Shown here: one piece after another, positions 53,863 through 62,090 of the stretch
How the letters are laid out: each line of letters opens with the position of its first letter
Numbering within the stretch: the stretch's first letter is position 1
Assembly: GCA_964511215.1 (NCBI GenBank)
Contig: CAZEER010000003.1
Coordinates: forward strand, 6,457-70,456
Length of the DNA stretch: 64,000 nucleotides
Direction of reading: 5' to 3'
Source of the DNA: an uncultured bacterium
Lineage (GTDB): Bacteria > Fidelibacterota > Marinisomatia > Marinisomatales > UBA1611
The notes under the pieces: generated by a model
Told to the model about the DNA's origin: nothing
Database searches by the model: none
Seen by the model: only the letters and a program-made list of their open reading frames with translations
Translations under genes and position numbers: made by a program

Positions 53863-55146
53863 ATGAGTAAAGATATTAAAAGTGTAATAACCTGTGACAT
53901 TGATGGGAAAGTAGAAACATTTAGCGATGGTGCTGCTGAGCTTTTTGGTTATAATGCAGATGAAGTTATTGGTAAAATGAGAGTTAGTGATTTTAGCGAT
54001 GGTCAGATTGTTCTTGGCCACGTTATTGGTTGGTTAGATGAATCGGTTAAAAAGGGTAAGTGGGAAGGAAATACCACATTTTTACATAAAGATGGTAGTG
54101 AGATACCATGTCGTATCAAAATTACTCCAACTAGAAATAAGGATGGGGAACACATTGGTTATTGTGGTGTCACAACACCACTAAAAGATAAAACACCTGA
54201 TGAAGTTAGACCTAAAATAGATCTCATGACTAAAATATTTACATGGGTCATTATCATGCGCATGCCCTTTTTGTCGGCCACTTTTGTACCTATTTTTGTC
54301 GGAGCTGCAGTTACAAAATTTATGGGATATACAGTTGATTGGGCTTGGCTTGGTCTAACGTTACTTGGTGGTTCTCTTCTGCATATAGGGACCAATACAT
54401 CTAATGATTATTTTGATCATTTGAGTGGTACAGATGAATTAAACTACAACTATAGTAATAAGGGGTTGAATGGTGGAAGTAGGGGTATTCAAATGGGCTT
54501 AATTTCGCCTAAAGGAGTTCTCACAGTTGCTATTATCGCATTTACGCTTAGTGCTATTATCGGCGTTCCACTTATACAGAAAGCGGGTGCACCAATCCTC
54601 TGGCTAGGATTAATTGGATTCTTATCAGGTTTATTTTATACTGCACCACCTTTTCGATTTTCATCCAGAAAAGGAATAGGCGAACTACTTATTGGGTTAA
54701 ATTTTGGTCCTTTAATGGTAGCAGGGAGTGCACTTGTCCAAACGGGTCAGTTTTTACCTGAGGCATTTTTGGCGGGGATACCAATAGGATTTCTTATAGC
54801 TGCTGTTGTATATGTGAATGAGTTTCCTGATCATGATAGTGATAAGGCAACAGGTAAAAATACTTTGATAGTCGTCTTTGGCCCTGAAAAAGCCAGAGCT
54901 GGTTACGTATCTTTGGTTGTGGGTGCATTTTTAAGTATAGTCCTACTAGTGTTAAACGGTACATTCCCATCTATGATTTTAATCACATTATTAGGCTCGT
55001 ATTTTGGAGTAACATCTATTCAAACATTATATAAATATTATAATAATAGACTTCTTGAACCGGCAAATTGGGGAACTATTATAATGCACAGTGCAACAGG
55101 AGCCTTGCTGTTTATAGGGCTCTGGTTGGGAAATTCCTCATTATAA
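53863..55146 (+). CDS. PAS domain fused to a UbiA-family prenyltransferase (MenA-like 1,4-dihydroxy-2-naphthoate prenyltransferase)
   Basis: The N-terminal ~110 aa is PAS-like (ITCDIDGKVETFSDGAAELFGYNADEVIGK...FLHKDGSEIPCRIKITP...GYCGV). It is followed by 8-9 TM helices with TNTSNDYFDHLSGTDE (NDxxD) and a second Asp-rich loop, NEFPDHDSD. Confidence 0.82.
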   Translation: MSKDIKSVITCDIDGKVETFSDGAAELFGYNADEVIGKMRVSDFSDGQIVLGHVIGWLDESVKKGKWEGNTTFLHKDGSEIPCRIKITPTRNKDGEHIGYCGVTTPLKDKTPDEVRPKIDLMTKIFTWVIIMRMPFLSATFVPIFVGAAVTKFMGYTVDWAWLGLTLLGGSLLHIGTNTSNDYFDHLSGTDELNYNYSNKGLNGGSRGIQMGLISPKGVLTVAIIAFTLSAIIGVPLIQKAGAPILWLGLIGFLSGLFYTAPPFRFSSRKGIGELLIGLNFGPLMVAGSALVQTGQFLPEAFLAGIPIGFLIAAVVYVNEFPDHDSDKATGKNTLIVVFGPEKARAGYVSLVVGAFLSIVLLVLNGTFPSMILITLLGSYFGVTSIQTLYKYYNNRLLEPANWGTIIMHSATGALLFIGLWLGNSSL

Positions 55147-55172
55147 ATAATTACATATAAATAAAAATAATT

Positions 55173-55202
55173 AAAAGCTTCTTCTTCAAGGGGCTTTTTT
55201 TT
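55173..55202 (+). terminator. Rho-independent terminator after the PAS-MenA gene
   Basis: AAAAGCUUCUU-CUUC-AAGGGGCUUUU: an 11-bp stem with two G-U pairs, running into a T tract. Confidence 0.55.
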
Positions 55203-55233
55203 ATTTGCATAGATTTGAAACTCTTTGTAAAAT

Positions 55234-55255
55234 ACTTACGAGTAACTTACGAGTA
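55234..55255. repeat. Perfect tandem 11-mer ACTTACGAGTA x2 (each unit contains ACT-N4-AGT dyad symmetry); candidate operator upstream of lexA
   Basis: Read directly as aaATACTTACGAGTAACTTACGAGTATta. It lies about 170 bp upstream of the lexA ATG and 22 bp upstream of the 50-aa mini-ORF. Confidence 0.35.
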
Positions 55256-55276
55256 TTATGTTAATAGGATTAGGAA

Positions 55277-55429
55277 ATGAAAAATATATTTAAAAAACAA
55301 AATCAAGAAAAAGTATCTGAGGCTGTAATTCGTGCCGTTTCCAGATTAAATAAATATGAAGATCAGAAAGTATCTCATTCAATAGTATGGGATGGTAAAT
55401 CGATTAATTATATATCGCTCACCTCATGA
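55277..55429 (+). CDS. Unlisted 50-aa ORF overlapping the lexA start (ATGA)
   Basis: My translation is MKNIFKKQNQEKVSEAVIRAVSRLNKYEDQKVSHSIVWDGKSINYISLTS. The stop TGA overlaps the lexA ATG. No family was recognised, and it could be non-coding leader. Confidence 0.3.
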   Translation: MKNIFKKQNQEKVSEAVIRAVSRLNKYEDQKVSHSIVWDGKSINYISLTS

Positions 55430-56046
55430 ACAAACATCTGTCACCAAAACTGAAAAAGTTTCTAGATTTTATTAAGCAATTCACGCTAATTCATAGCCAT
55501 CCTCCATCTTACGAGGAAATTATGTCAAATCTAGGATTTGGATCGTTGGGGACAATCAATTGGTATGTAAAAACCCTAGAAGAACAGGGTTACTTATCTC
55601 GTGTAAAAGGTCCCAACGGCAAGCGAGCGCTCATCTTAAGTCAAGAAGAGCATGCTACAACTACAACATCTTGTTTGCCGCTACTGGGACTCATTGCCGC
55701 CGGAGAACCTATTGAAGCATTAGAAAATCCTGAAATGGTTGATGTTCCGCCATCTCTGTTGCATCCGGATAATTATATTTTACAGGTAAGAGGAGATTCT
55801 ATGATTGATGAACAGATTCATGATGGAGATTATATTGTTGCGAGGAAAACACAGACTGCCCGTTCGGGGCAGATTATTGTAGCTCTTATTAATGGAGAGG
55901 CAACTCTAAAGTGTTATATTAAAAAAAATGATGGGGTAGAGCTTCATCCCCGTAACCCAGATTATCCGATTATAAAAATTAATCCACAAGATAATTTTTA
56001 CATTAATGGTGTACTACTCTATTCTTTTCGAAATTATTTGAATTAA
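55426..56046 (+). CDS. lexA: LexA repressor (S24 peptidase)
   Basis: N-terminal winged HTH (PSYEEIMSNLGFGSLGTINWYVKTLEEQGYL), cleavage-site region LIAAGEP, catalytic Ser in VRGDSM, and Lys in ATLKCY. Confidence 0.9.
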   Translation: MNKHLSPKLKKFLDFIKQFTLIHSHPPSYEEIMSNLGFGSLGTINWYVKTLEEQGYLSRVKGPNGKRALILSQEEHATTTTSCLPLLGLIAAGEPIEALENPEMVDVPPSLLHPDNYILQVRGDSMIDEQIHDGDYIVARKTQTARSGQIIVALINGEATLKCYIKKNDGVELHPRNPDYPIIKINPQDNFYINGVLLYSFRNYLN

Positions 56047-56057
56047 GTAAATCTTTT

Positions 56058-57230
56058 ATGACTAGCCAAGACGTTTTGCATATGCGTCTTAATAATATGG
56101 AAATTCAGGCGGAGCGGATTATAGACCCAAGTCTTAAAGCACGTCCGGTTGCTATTATTTCTTCCCATAATTCTAATGGAAGTATTATATCTTTATCTTC
56201 TGAAGCAAAAGAAGAAGGATTACACCGAGGCATGAAAGTTTCATTGGTACGGAAAATGAGTCACAGTACCCAATTATTGCCTTACAATCATTCTCTATAT
56301 GATCGGATTAATTGGTATATATATCGCGTTGTATCTTCTTATACACCTGTTGTTGAACCACATAGATTGAATGAATTTTTTTTGGATATGGGTGGTATGG
56401 ATTCAATTTATGGTAATATAAAAAATGCAGGTCTTGATATTATAAAACGTATAAGAGATGAAATTAGTATTTATGGGACAATTGGTATTAGTAAGAATAA
56501 ATTAGTAAGCCAGATTATAACTGCCGTTATTCCAGATGAAATTCATAAAATTGATAGCGGATATGAATCTCAATTCCTTGAACCTTTAAACCCCAAACTA
56601 CTACCTGTAGTACGTATAAAATCAATTCAATGCATTCTTAAATTTTTATTAATCAAACAAATATCTCATATTCAAATTATGGCAGAGCAATCAGAAGAGT
56701 TTGATATATTATTTGGGATATATGCAAAAGTACTTAGTAAAGAAGCTCAAGGTTATGACACATCACAAGTAAAATCGTATCGTTCACGCAATCACATTTT
56801 AGAACAGAAAATATTACCAGAAGATACAAATGACCAAATGATATTGGATGGAATAGTAAAAGATTTATCAGAACGAGTTTCTTTTAAACTAAGAAAACGT
56901 AAACAGATTGCAGATCGTGTTCAATTAGAGATTCATTATAGCGATGGATATAATATATGCTATAATGGAAAATTTGCAGATATTGATGATATGTCTGTAT
57001 TTATGACTTGTAAAAAACTATTTAAAAATGCGAACCAAAGGCGTAATAGAATACGTTCAATATTGATAGATGTATCAGAATTTCGTCCGTATGCTGATCA
57101 AAAAAATTTATTTTTTACAAAAGAAGGTCATAGTATGAAAGTATCTCGGGCAATAGATAAAATTCGTGCAAAATATGGATTTGACAGTATTCAAACTGCT
57201 AATGTACTTCGAGTGTTAAATCATCAGTAA
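56058..57230 (+). CDS. imuB: ImuB-like Y-family polymerase homologue (catalytic acidic residues apparently replaced)
   Basis: It has a Y-family fold pattern (ARPVAIISS...). Where DinB has LHIDMDAFYASVE, this protein has LHMRLNNMEIQAE, so both Asp are lost, as in ImuB. It sits between lexA and dnaE2. Confidence 0.78.
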   Translation: MTSQDVLHMRLNNMEIQAERIIDPSLKARPVAIISSHNSNGSIISLSSEAKEEGLHRGMKVSLVRKMSHSTQLLPYNHSLYDRINWYIYRVVSSYTPVVEPHRLNEFFLDMGGMDSIYGNIKNAGLDIIKRIRDEISIYGTIGISKNKLVSQIITAVIPDEIHKIDSGYESQFLEPLNPKLLPVVRIKSIQCILKFLLIKQISHIQIMAEQSEEFDILFGIYAKVLSKEAQGYDTSQVKSYRSRNHILEQKILPEDTNDQMILDGIVKDLSERVSFKLRKRKQIADRVQLEIHYSDGYNICYNGKFADIDDMSVFMTCKKLFKNANQRRNRIRSILIDVSEFRPYADQKNLFFTKEGHSMKVSRAIDKIRAKYGFDSIQTANVLRVLNHQ

Positions 57231-60200
57231 TGTTCATTCATTTAAATATTCATTCTATTTATTCTGCAATGCGAGGACTTTTATCTTTACCTGATTTGAT
57301 GAATGCTGCGAAATCGTATGATATGGATACATTAGCTCTTACAGATGTTAATGGTCTGTTTGGTTTTATTCATTTTGTTCAGCATTGTCATGAAGCAGGT
57401 GTCAAAGCTATTGCGGGAGTTAACTTGATGACTATTACAGATGAAGTAATCATATTAGTAGAGAATCAGTATGGTTATGAAAATCTTTGTCGGATTATAT
57501 CCAGTATCCATGATAATTCAGATCAAGATATTTCTGATATTTTAAAAAAATATTCATCAGGCTTATTTATGTTGGCTCATAATAGATCAACGTTAAAAAA
57601 ACTACATTGTTTTATTCCAGATACGCATTTATTTGTAGAGCTGAGACCAGGGCTTTCAGAATTAGAAGCAGAACAATTATCAAAAGAATTAAAATTAGAG
57701 ATTATTGCAACAGGAGATGTGTATTTTAGATCATATGTAGACCATCGATCCCATAAAATTTTACGTGCTATAAAAAATAATACTACAATTGAAAATTGGG
57801 ATATAACAGATTGTAAATCGGAACAGAGTTGGTTCCGCAGTGAAAAGGATATGGCCGTACTTTTCCCAAATAGCTTAGATGCAATCAACAATAGTCGCTA
57901 TTTAGCGGATCGTTGTAAAACAGATTGGTCTTTTGTGAATACTGTTTTTCCAGGTCTATCACTTAAAAATACCTATCATGCTAATAAAAAATTAAAAAAT
58001 AAAGTCTATGCAGGTGCAAAAATCCGTTATGGTGCAATTAATGATTTAATACAATCTCGTATTGAATATGAATTAGAACTGATTACCCAAAAAGGATTTG
58101 CACCTTATTTTCTTATCGTAGAAGACATTATAATACAAACTCAATCGACTATTGGAAGAGGATCGGCTGCTGCATCGATTGTTAGTTATTGTCTTTTTAT
58201 TACTCAAGTAGATCCTATAAAGTACAATCTGAAATTCGAGCGCTTTATTCATACGGAGCGTGAGGGCATGCCTGATATTGATATTGATTTTCCATGGGAT
58301 GAGCGAGATAATATTTTGGATTATGTATTTACTAAATATGGAAAAGACCGAACAGCAATGGTCGCCAGTCAGGTTTTTTTAAAATCTCGTTCTGCAATTC
58401 GGGAAGTTGGAAAAGTGTTCGGCCTCTCTAATGAAGAAATAAAAACAATTACGAAACGTATAGGGTGGTATAATTCTAATCAAGACCTTGAATCTCAAGT
58501 ACAAACAGATCCACGTTTTAGTAATATAGGTTTAGATGAAACATTAATAGAAGTATTAAGAGAAAGTAAAAAAATTATAGGTGTATTACGTCATGTATCT
58601 GTGCATCCTGGAGGAATAGTTATCGTTCCTGATGAGATTAGAAAATATGTACCAGTACTCATGGCACCTAAAGGAGTTCAGATTGTAGAATGGGAAAAAG
58701 ATCAAGTGGAGGATTCAGGTTTATTAAAAATTGACCTTTTAGGGAATAGGAGTTTAGGAGTGGTGCGAGATAGTATACGTTATATTAATCTCAATTATGG
58801 TGAAAATGTGGTTCGTAGTAAATATTTAAATTATCATCAGATTCAACCATTGGATGATCCAAAAACAGAGCATCTCATGAAAGAAGGGAAGACAATGGGT
58901 GTCTTTTATATTGAAAGTCCTGCAACTCGACAGCTTTTGGCAAAAGCGAAGATGGTGGATTTTGAGCATGTGGTAATTTATTCATCTATTATTCGTCCTG
59001 CAGCCAATCGATATACGAATCTGATGCTATCTAGAATACATGGTGCAAAATGGAATTCAATGCATCAGGATTTAGATTTTTTAAATGAAAGCTATGGAAT
59101 TATGGTCTATGAAGAACAGGTTTCGATGGCAGTTATGACGATGGCGGGATTAGGTTATTCAGATGCAGAGTTGCTCAGAAAAACTATGAGCAGAAATTCC
59201 ATGCAGTATCTTGTATCACATTGGGAAAAACAATTCTCTCGTGGCGCACTTCGTAGAGGATATTCATCTAGTTTAATTAATAATGTATGGGATATGATCA
59301 AATCGTTTATAGGATACTCTTTTTGTAAACCACATTCAGCATCGTATGCAATGCTTTCTTTTACCTGCGCATATCTTAAAGCTCATTTCCCTGCCGAATT
59401 TTTATCGTCTGTGATTTCTAACCAAGGTGGTTTCTATTCATCTTATGCGTATATGAGTGAAGCACGTAGGTTGGGTATTCAGATTGTATGTCCAGATATT
59501 AACAACAGTTATTTTGAATGGAGAGGATCAAAAAATAAGATTCAAATGGGATTTATGAGTATTAAAGGATTGCAAAAAAAAACAATAGATTTAATTTTAG
59601 ATGAGCGTAAAGCAGGTTATTTTGATTCACTAAATGATTTTTTATTTCGAGTGGATTTGAATATGACCGATGCAATGGTTTTGACCAATGCAAGTTGTTT
59701 TAACATCATCGCATCAGAATTAAGTCACCAGGAAATAGCATATAAAATTGCTGGTTTTTATTTACAAAGTGGCTCTCGCAGACTATTCAATAGATCTCAT
59801 ATACAATCAAAATTAACAATTGATGAAAAATACAAATTGGAGTTGGATATATTTGGTTATCCGGTATCTATTCATCCCATTACCAAATACAGGCCTATAC
59901 TAAGTTCACGTATTCGATATGCTAGAGATATTCCAAAATATTTTGGCCAATCTATCTACCTTACAGGAATTTATATTACACGTAAAGAATCCATCACTCA
60001 TCAGTCAGAACCTATGCAATTCCTAACTTTAGAAGATGAAACTGATTTATATGAATGTGTTTTATTTCCTGAAGTGTTTAAAAAATTTGGTGATTTATTT
60101 TACTGGGAAACATTATTTATCATCAGAGGAACGGTAGAAAAATCTTTTGGGGTATATAGTATTATTATTGAAAAAATGGGGAGTCTACAACAGTGGGTGC

Positions 60201-60238
60201 ATCGATTAGGTCAAAGTAATTCTTTTAAAATTGTATAA
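57230..60238 (+). CDS. dnaE2: Error-prone DNA polymerase III alpha homologue DnaE2 (ImuC)
   Basis: PHP domain HLNIHSIYSAMRG, the palm-domain DIDIDF aspartates, and GYSFCKPHSASYA. At about 1000 aa its length and context with lexA and imuB match DnaE2. The start overlaps the imuB stop. Confidence 0.9.
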   Translation: MFIHLNIHSIYSAMRGLLSLPDLMNAAKSYDMDTLALTDVNGLFGFIHFVQHCHEAGVKAIAGVNLMTITDEVIILVENQYGYENLCRIISSIHDNSDQDISDILKKYSSGLFMLAHNRSTLKKLHCFIPDTHLFVELRPGLSELEAEQLSKELKLEIIATGDVYFRSYVDHRSHKILRAIKNNTTIENWDITDCKSEQSWFRSEKDMAVLFPNSLDAINNSRYLADRCKTDWSFVNTVFPGLSLKNTYHANKKLKNKVYAGAKIRYGAINDLIQSRIEYELELITQKGFAPYFLIVEDIIIQTQSTIGRGSAAASIVSYCLFITQVDPIKYNLKFERFIHTEREGMPDIDIDFPWDERDNILDYVFTKYGKDRTAMVASQVFLKSRSAIREVGKVFGLSNEEIKTITKRIGWYNSNQDLESQVQTDPRFSNIGLDETLIEVLRESKKIIGVLRHVSVHPGGIVIVPDEIRKYVPVLMAPKGVQIVEWEKDQVEDSGLLKIDLLGNRSLGVVRDSIRYINLNYGENVVRSKYLNYHQIQPLDDPKTEHLMKEGKTMGVFYIESPATRQLLAKAKMVDFEHVVIYSSIIRPAANRYTNLMLSRIHGAKWNSMHQDLDFLNESYGIMVYEEQVSMAVMTMAGLGYSDAELLRKTMSRNSMQYLVSHWEKQFSRGALRRGYSSSLINNVWDMIKSFIGYSFCKPHSASYAMLSFTCAYLKAHFPAEFLSSVISNQGGFYSSYAYMSEARRLGIQIVCPDINNSYFEWRGSKNKIQMGFMSIKGLQKKTIDLILDERKAGYFDSLNDFLFRVDLNMTDAMVLTNASCFNIIASELSHQEIAYKIAGFYLQSGSRRLFNRSHIQSKLTIDEKYKLELDIFGYPVSIHPITKYRPILSSRIRYARDIPKYFGQSIYLTGIYITRKESITHQSEPMQFLTLEDETDLYECVLFPEVFKKFGDLFYWETLFIIRGTVEKSFGVYSIIIEKMGSLQQWVHRLGQSNSFKIV

Positions 60239-60257
60239 TAATTAAACTGAAATAAAT

Positions 60258-62024
60258 TTATTCTAAAATAACCCAATCATAATCAGCATATTCTGTAACA
60301 TGTTTTCCATTGGAGGTTGCATATAAGCCACAATATGTCCCTGTATAGCTTTTACACAAAATAACATCTGCATCATTTTCAGCGAAAAAATGAAAAGTTT
60401 TACTATCATCAATGGAAAAGAAATATTTATAGACTTTATTATCGGATGTGATTTTAAAAATTATAGAGCCCTCATAAGATGGTAAGAAATCTTTTTTAAT
60501 GGTAATTGGTAGACTATTTTTTTCTTTGACAACCAGTTTGAGTATATAATTTTGTTTAGTTTTTTCAATTGTATATGTGATATAATTATCATCTTTTTGA
60601 AAGAGGCTGATTCCAGATTGCACTTGATCTGATTTTGGATTAAATAACATTTTTGCAGTAAAACTAAATTGACTTTCTTTTTGCCTAATACCAAGAATGC
60701 TACATCTAGATCGTTCTTCAATAATATTTGGACTTGCAAATAGGCGAAGAAAACCTTTTTCAGTTTTCATTTCATACGTATTAAAGTTTGGTACACGACG
60801 AAAATTCCATTCTAAGTCTAGCTTTGTATTTCCAAAATCATCTAGAAATCTTTTTTTTATATTTTGAGTGGAATTGGAGAATGGAAGAGGATAATATTTT
60901 TCCAATCTCCCAGTAATTGGTGAACAGACAGGCCATTCATAATTGACTCTACGTAGTTTTTCAAAATGATCTTTTTTGGATAATTGCGACCATTCTGTGT
61001 CAATACTATCATATTGCCAATCAAAAGATTCTTTCTCCCAAATTACGGGAGCTAGGTGGGTTTCTCTTCCCATATTAGAGAAAGTTTTAATTTCTGATCG
61101 GATTCCAAGTATTACCATATACCATCTATCATTAGCTAATTCTATTAGGTCCCCATGACCGACACTATTAACCCAATAATCATTTGACAGATGACGAGAA
61201 GTTAAAATTGGGTTCCTGTCATTTGGAACGTAAGGACCAGTGATTTTACTGCTTACAGCAACCATTACTCCATGGTTTAGGCTGGTACCACCTTCTGCAA
61301 TTAACAAATAATAATACCCATTTCTTTTATAAATATGAGGGCCTTCTGCCCAAGTACCAAAATATAGAGCGCCTCTCCATAAAAAATGTCTTTTCCCTAT
61401 TAAAGACCAATTCGTAGGGTTTAATTCTTGTAACCAAATCTCGCCTTCACCATTAAACTTAGGGTTATCTGGAGAATGGGTGCCTACATACCATACTTTA
61501 TTATCATCAAAAATTATATCAGGATCTATTCCGGGTGCGCCATCTATTATTTTTGGATCTGACCATGGACCTTCAATATTTTCTGAAGTGATAATAAAAT
61601 TTATCATTTGAGCTGGTTCACCTACTGCAGGGCTATAGACATTAGTGGTAATAATATAAAATAAGCCATCGTGATATCGAATGGACGGGGCATGTATTCC
61701 TCCATTTGATTGAACATTTATTAAATTCATTTTACCACTGCACTGTGCTTCTCGATGAAGGCCATAGCCAACCAGTTCCCAGTTTACAAGATCCTTACTA
61801 TGATGAATGGGAAGTCCTGGAAAATATTCAAAAGAGGAATTAACAAGATAAAAGTCCTCTCCAACTTTGCAAATAGATGGGTCAGGATAACTCCCTGAAA
61901 TGATTGGATTTGAATAGGTCGTATTATCTGTTTTTGAACATGCATTGAATGTAATTGCGAGGGGGACCATTTTTAATAAAAAAAGAAAAATGTAATATAA
62001 ATAATTCAAATTAAAGTTTTCCAC
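60258..62024 (-). CDS. GH43 glycoside hydrolase (beta-xylosidase/alpha-L-arabinofuranosidase type) with C-terminal concanavalin-like domain
   Basis: NPIISGSYPDPSICKVGEDFYLVNSSFEYFPGLPIHHSKDLVNW is the classic GH43 N-terminus. The central EGPH block is also present. Confidence 0.88.
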   Translation of the reverse strand: MENFNLNYLYYIFLFLLKMVPLAITFNACSKTDNTTYSNPIISGSYPDPSICKVGEDFYLVNSSFEYFPGLPIHHSKDLVNWELVGYGLHREAQCSGKMNLINVQSNGGIHAPSIRYHDGLFYIITTNVYSPAVGEPAQMINFIITSENIEGPWSDPKIIDGAPGIDPDIIFDDNKVWYVGTHSPDNPKFNGEGEIWLQELNPTNWSLIGKRHFLWRGALYFGTWAEGPHIYKRNGYYYLLIAEGGTSLNHGVMVAVSSKITGPYVPNDRNPILTSRHLSNDYWVNSVGHGDLIELANDRWYMVILGIRSEIKTFSNMGRETHLAPVIWEKESFDWQYDSIDTEWSQLSKKDHFEKLRRVNYEWPVCSPITGRLEKYYPLPFSNSTQNIKKRFLDDFGNTKLDLEWNFRRVPNFNTYEMKTEKGFLRLFASPNIIEERSRCSILGIRQKESQFSFTAKMLFNPKSDQVQSGISLFQKDDNYITYTIEKTKQNYILKLVVKEKNSLPITIKKDFLPSYEGSIIFKITSDNKVYKYFFSIDDSKTFHFFAENDADVILCKSYTGTYCGLYATSNGKHVTEYADYDWVILE

Positions 62025-62046
62025 TTAGTATAATTTTATTACAAAA

Positions 62047-62073
62047 CAAAAAGCCCTGTTAACAGGGCTTTTT
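62047..62073 (-). terminator. Rho-independent (bidirectionally symmetric) terminator
   Basis: AAAAAGCCCTG-TTAA-CAGGGCTTTTT, 18 nt downstream of the stop of the T9SS cargo gene. Confidence 0.78.
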
Positions 62074-62090
62074 ATTTAACTAATTATAAT

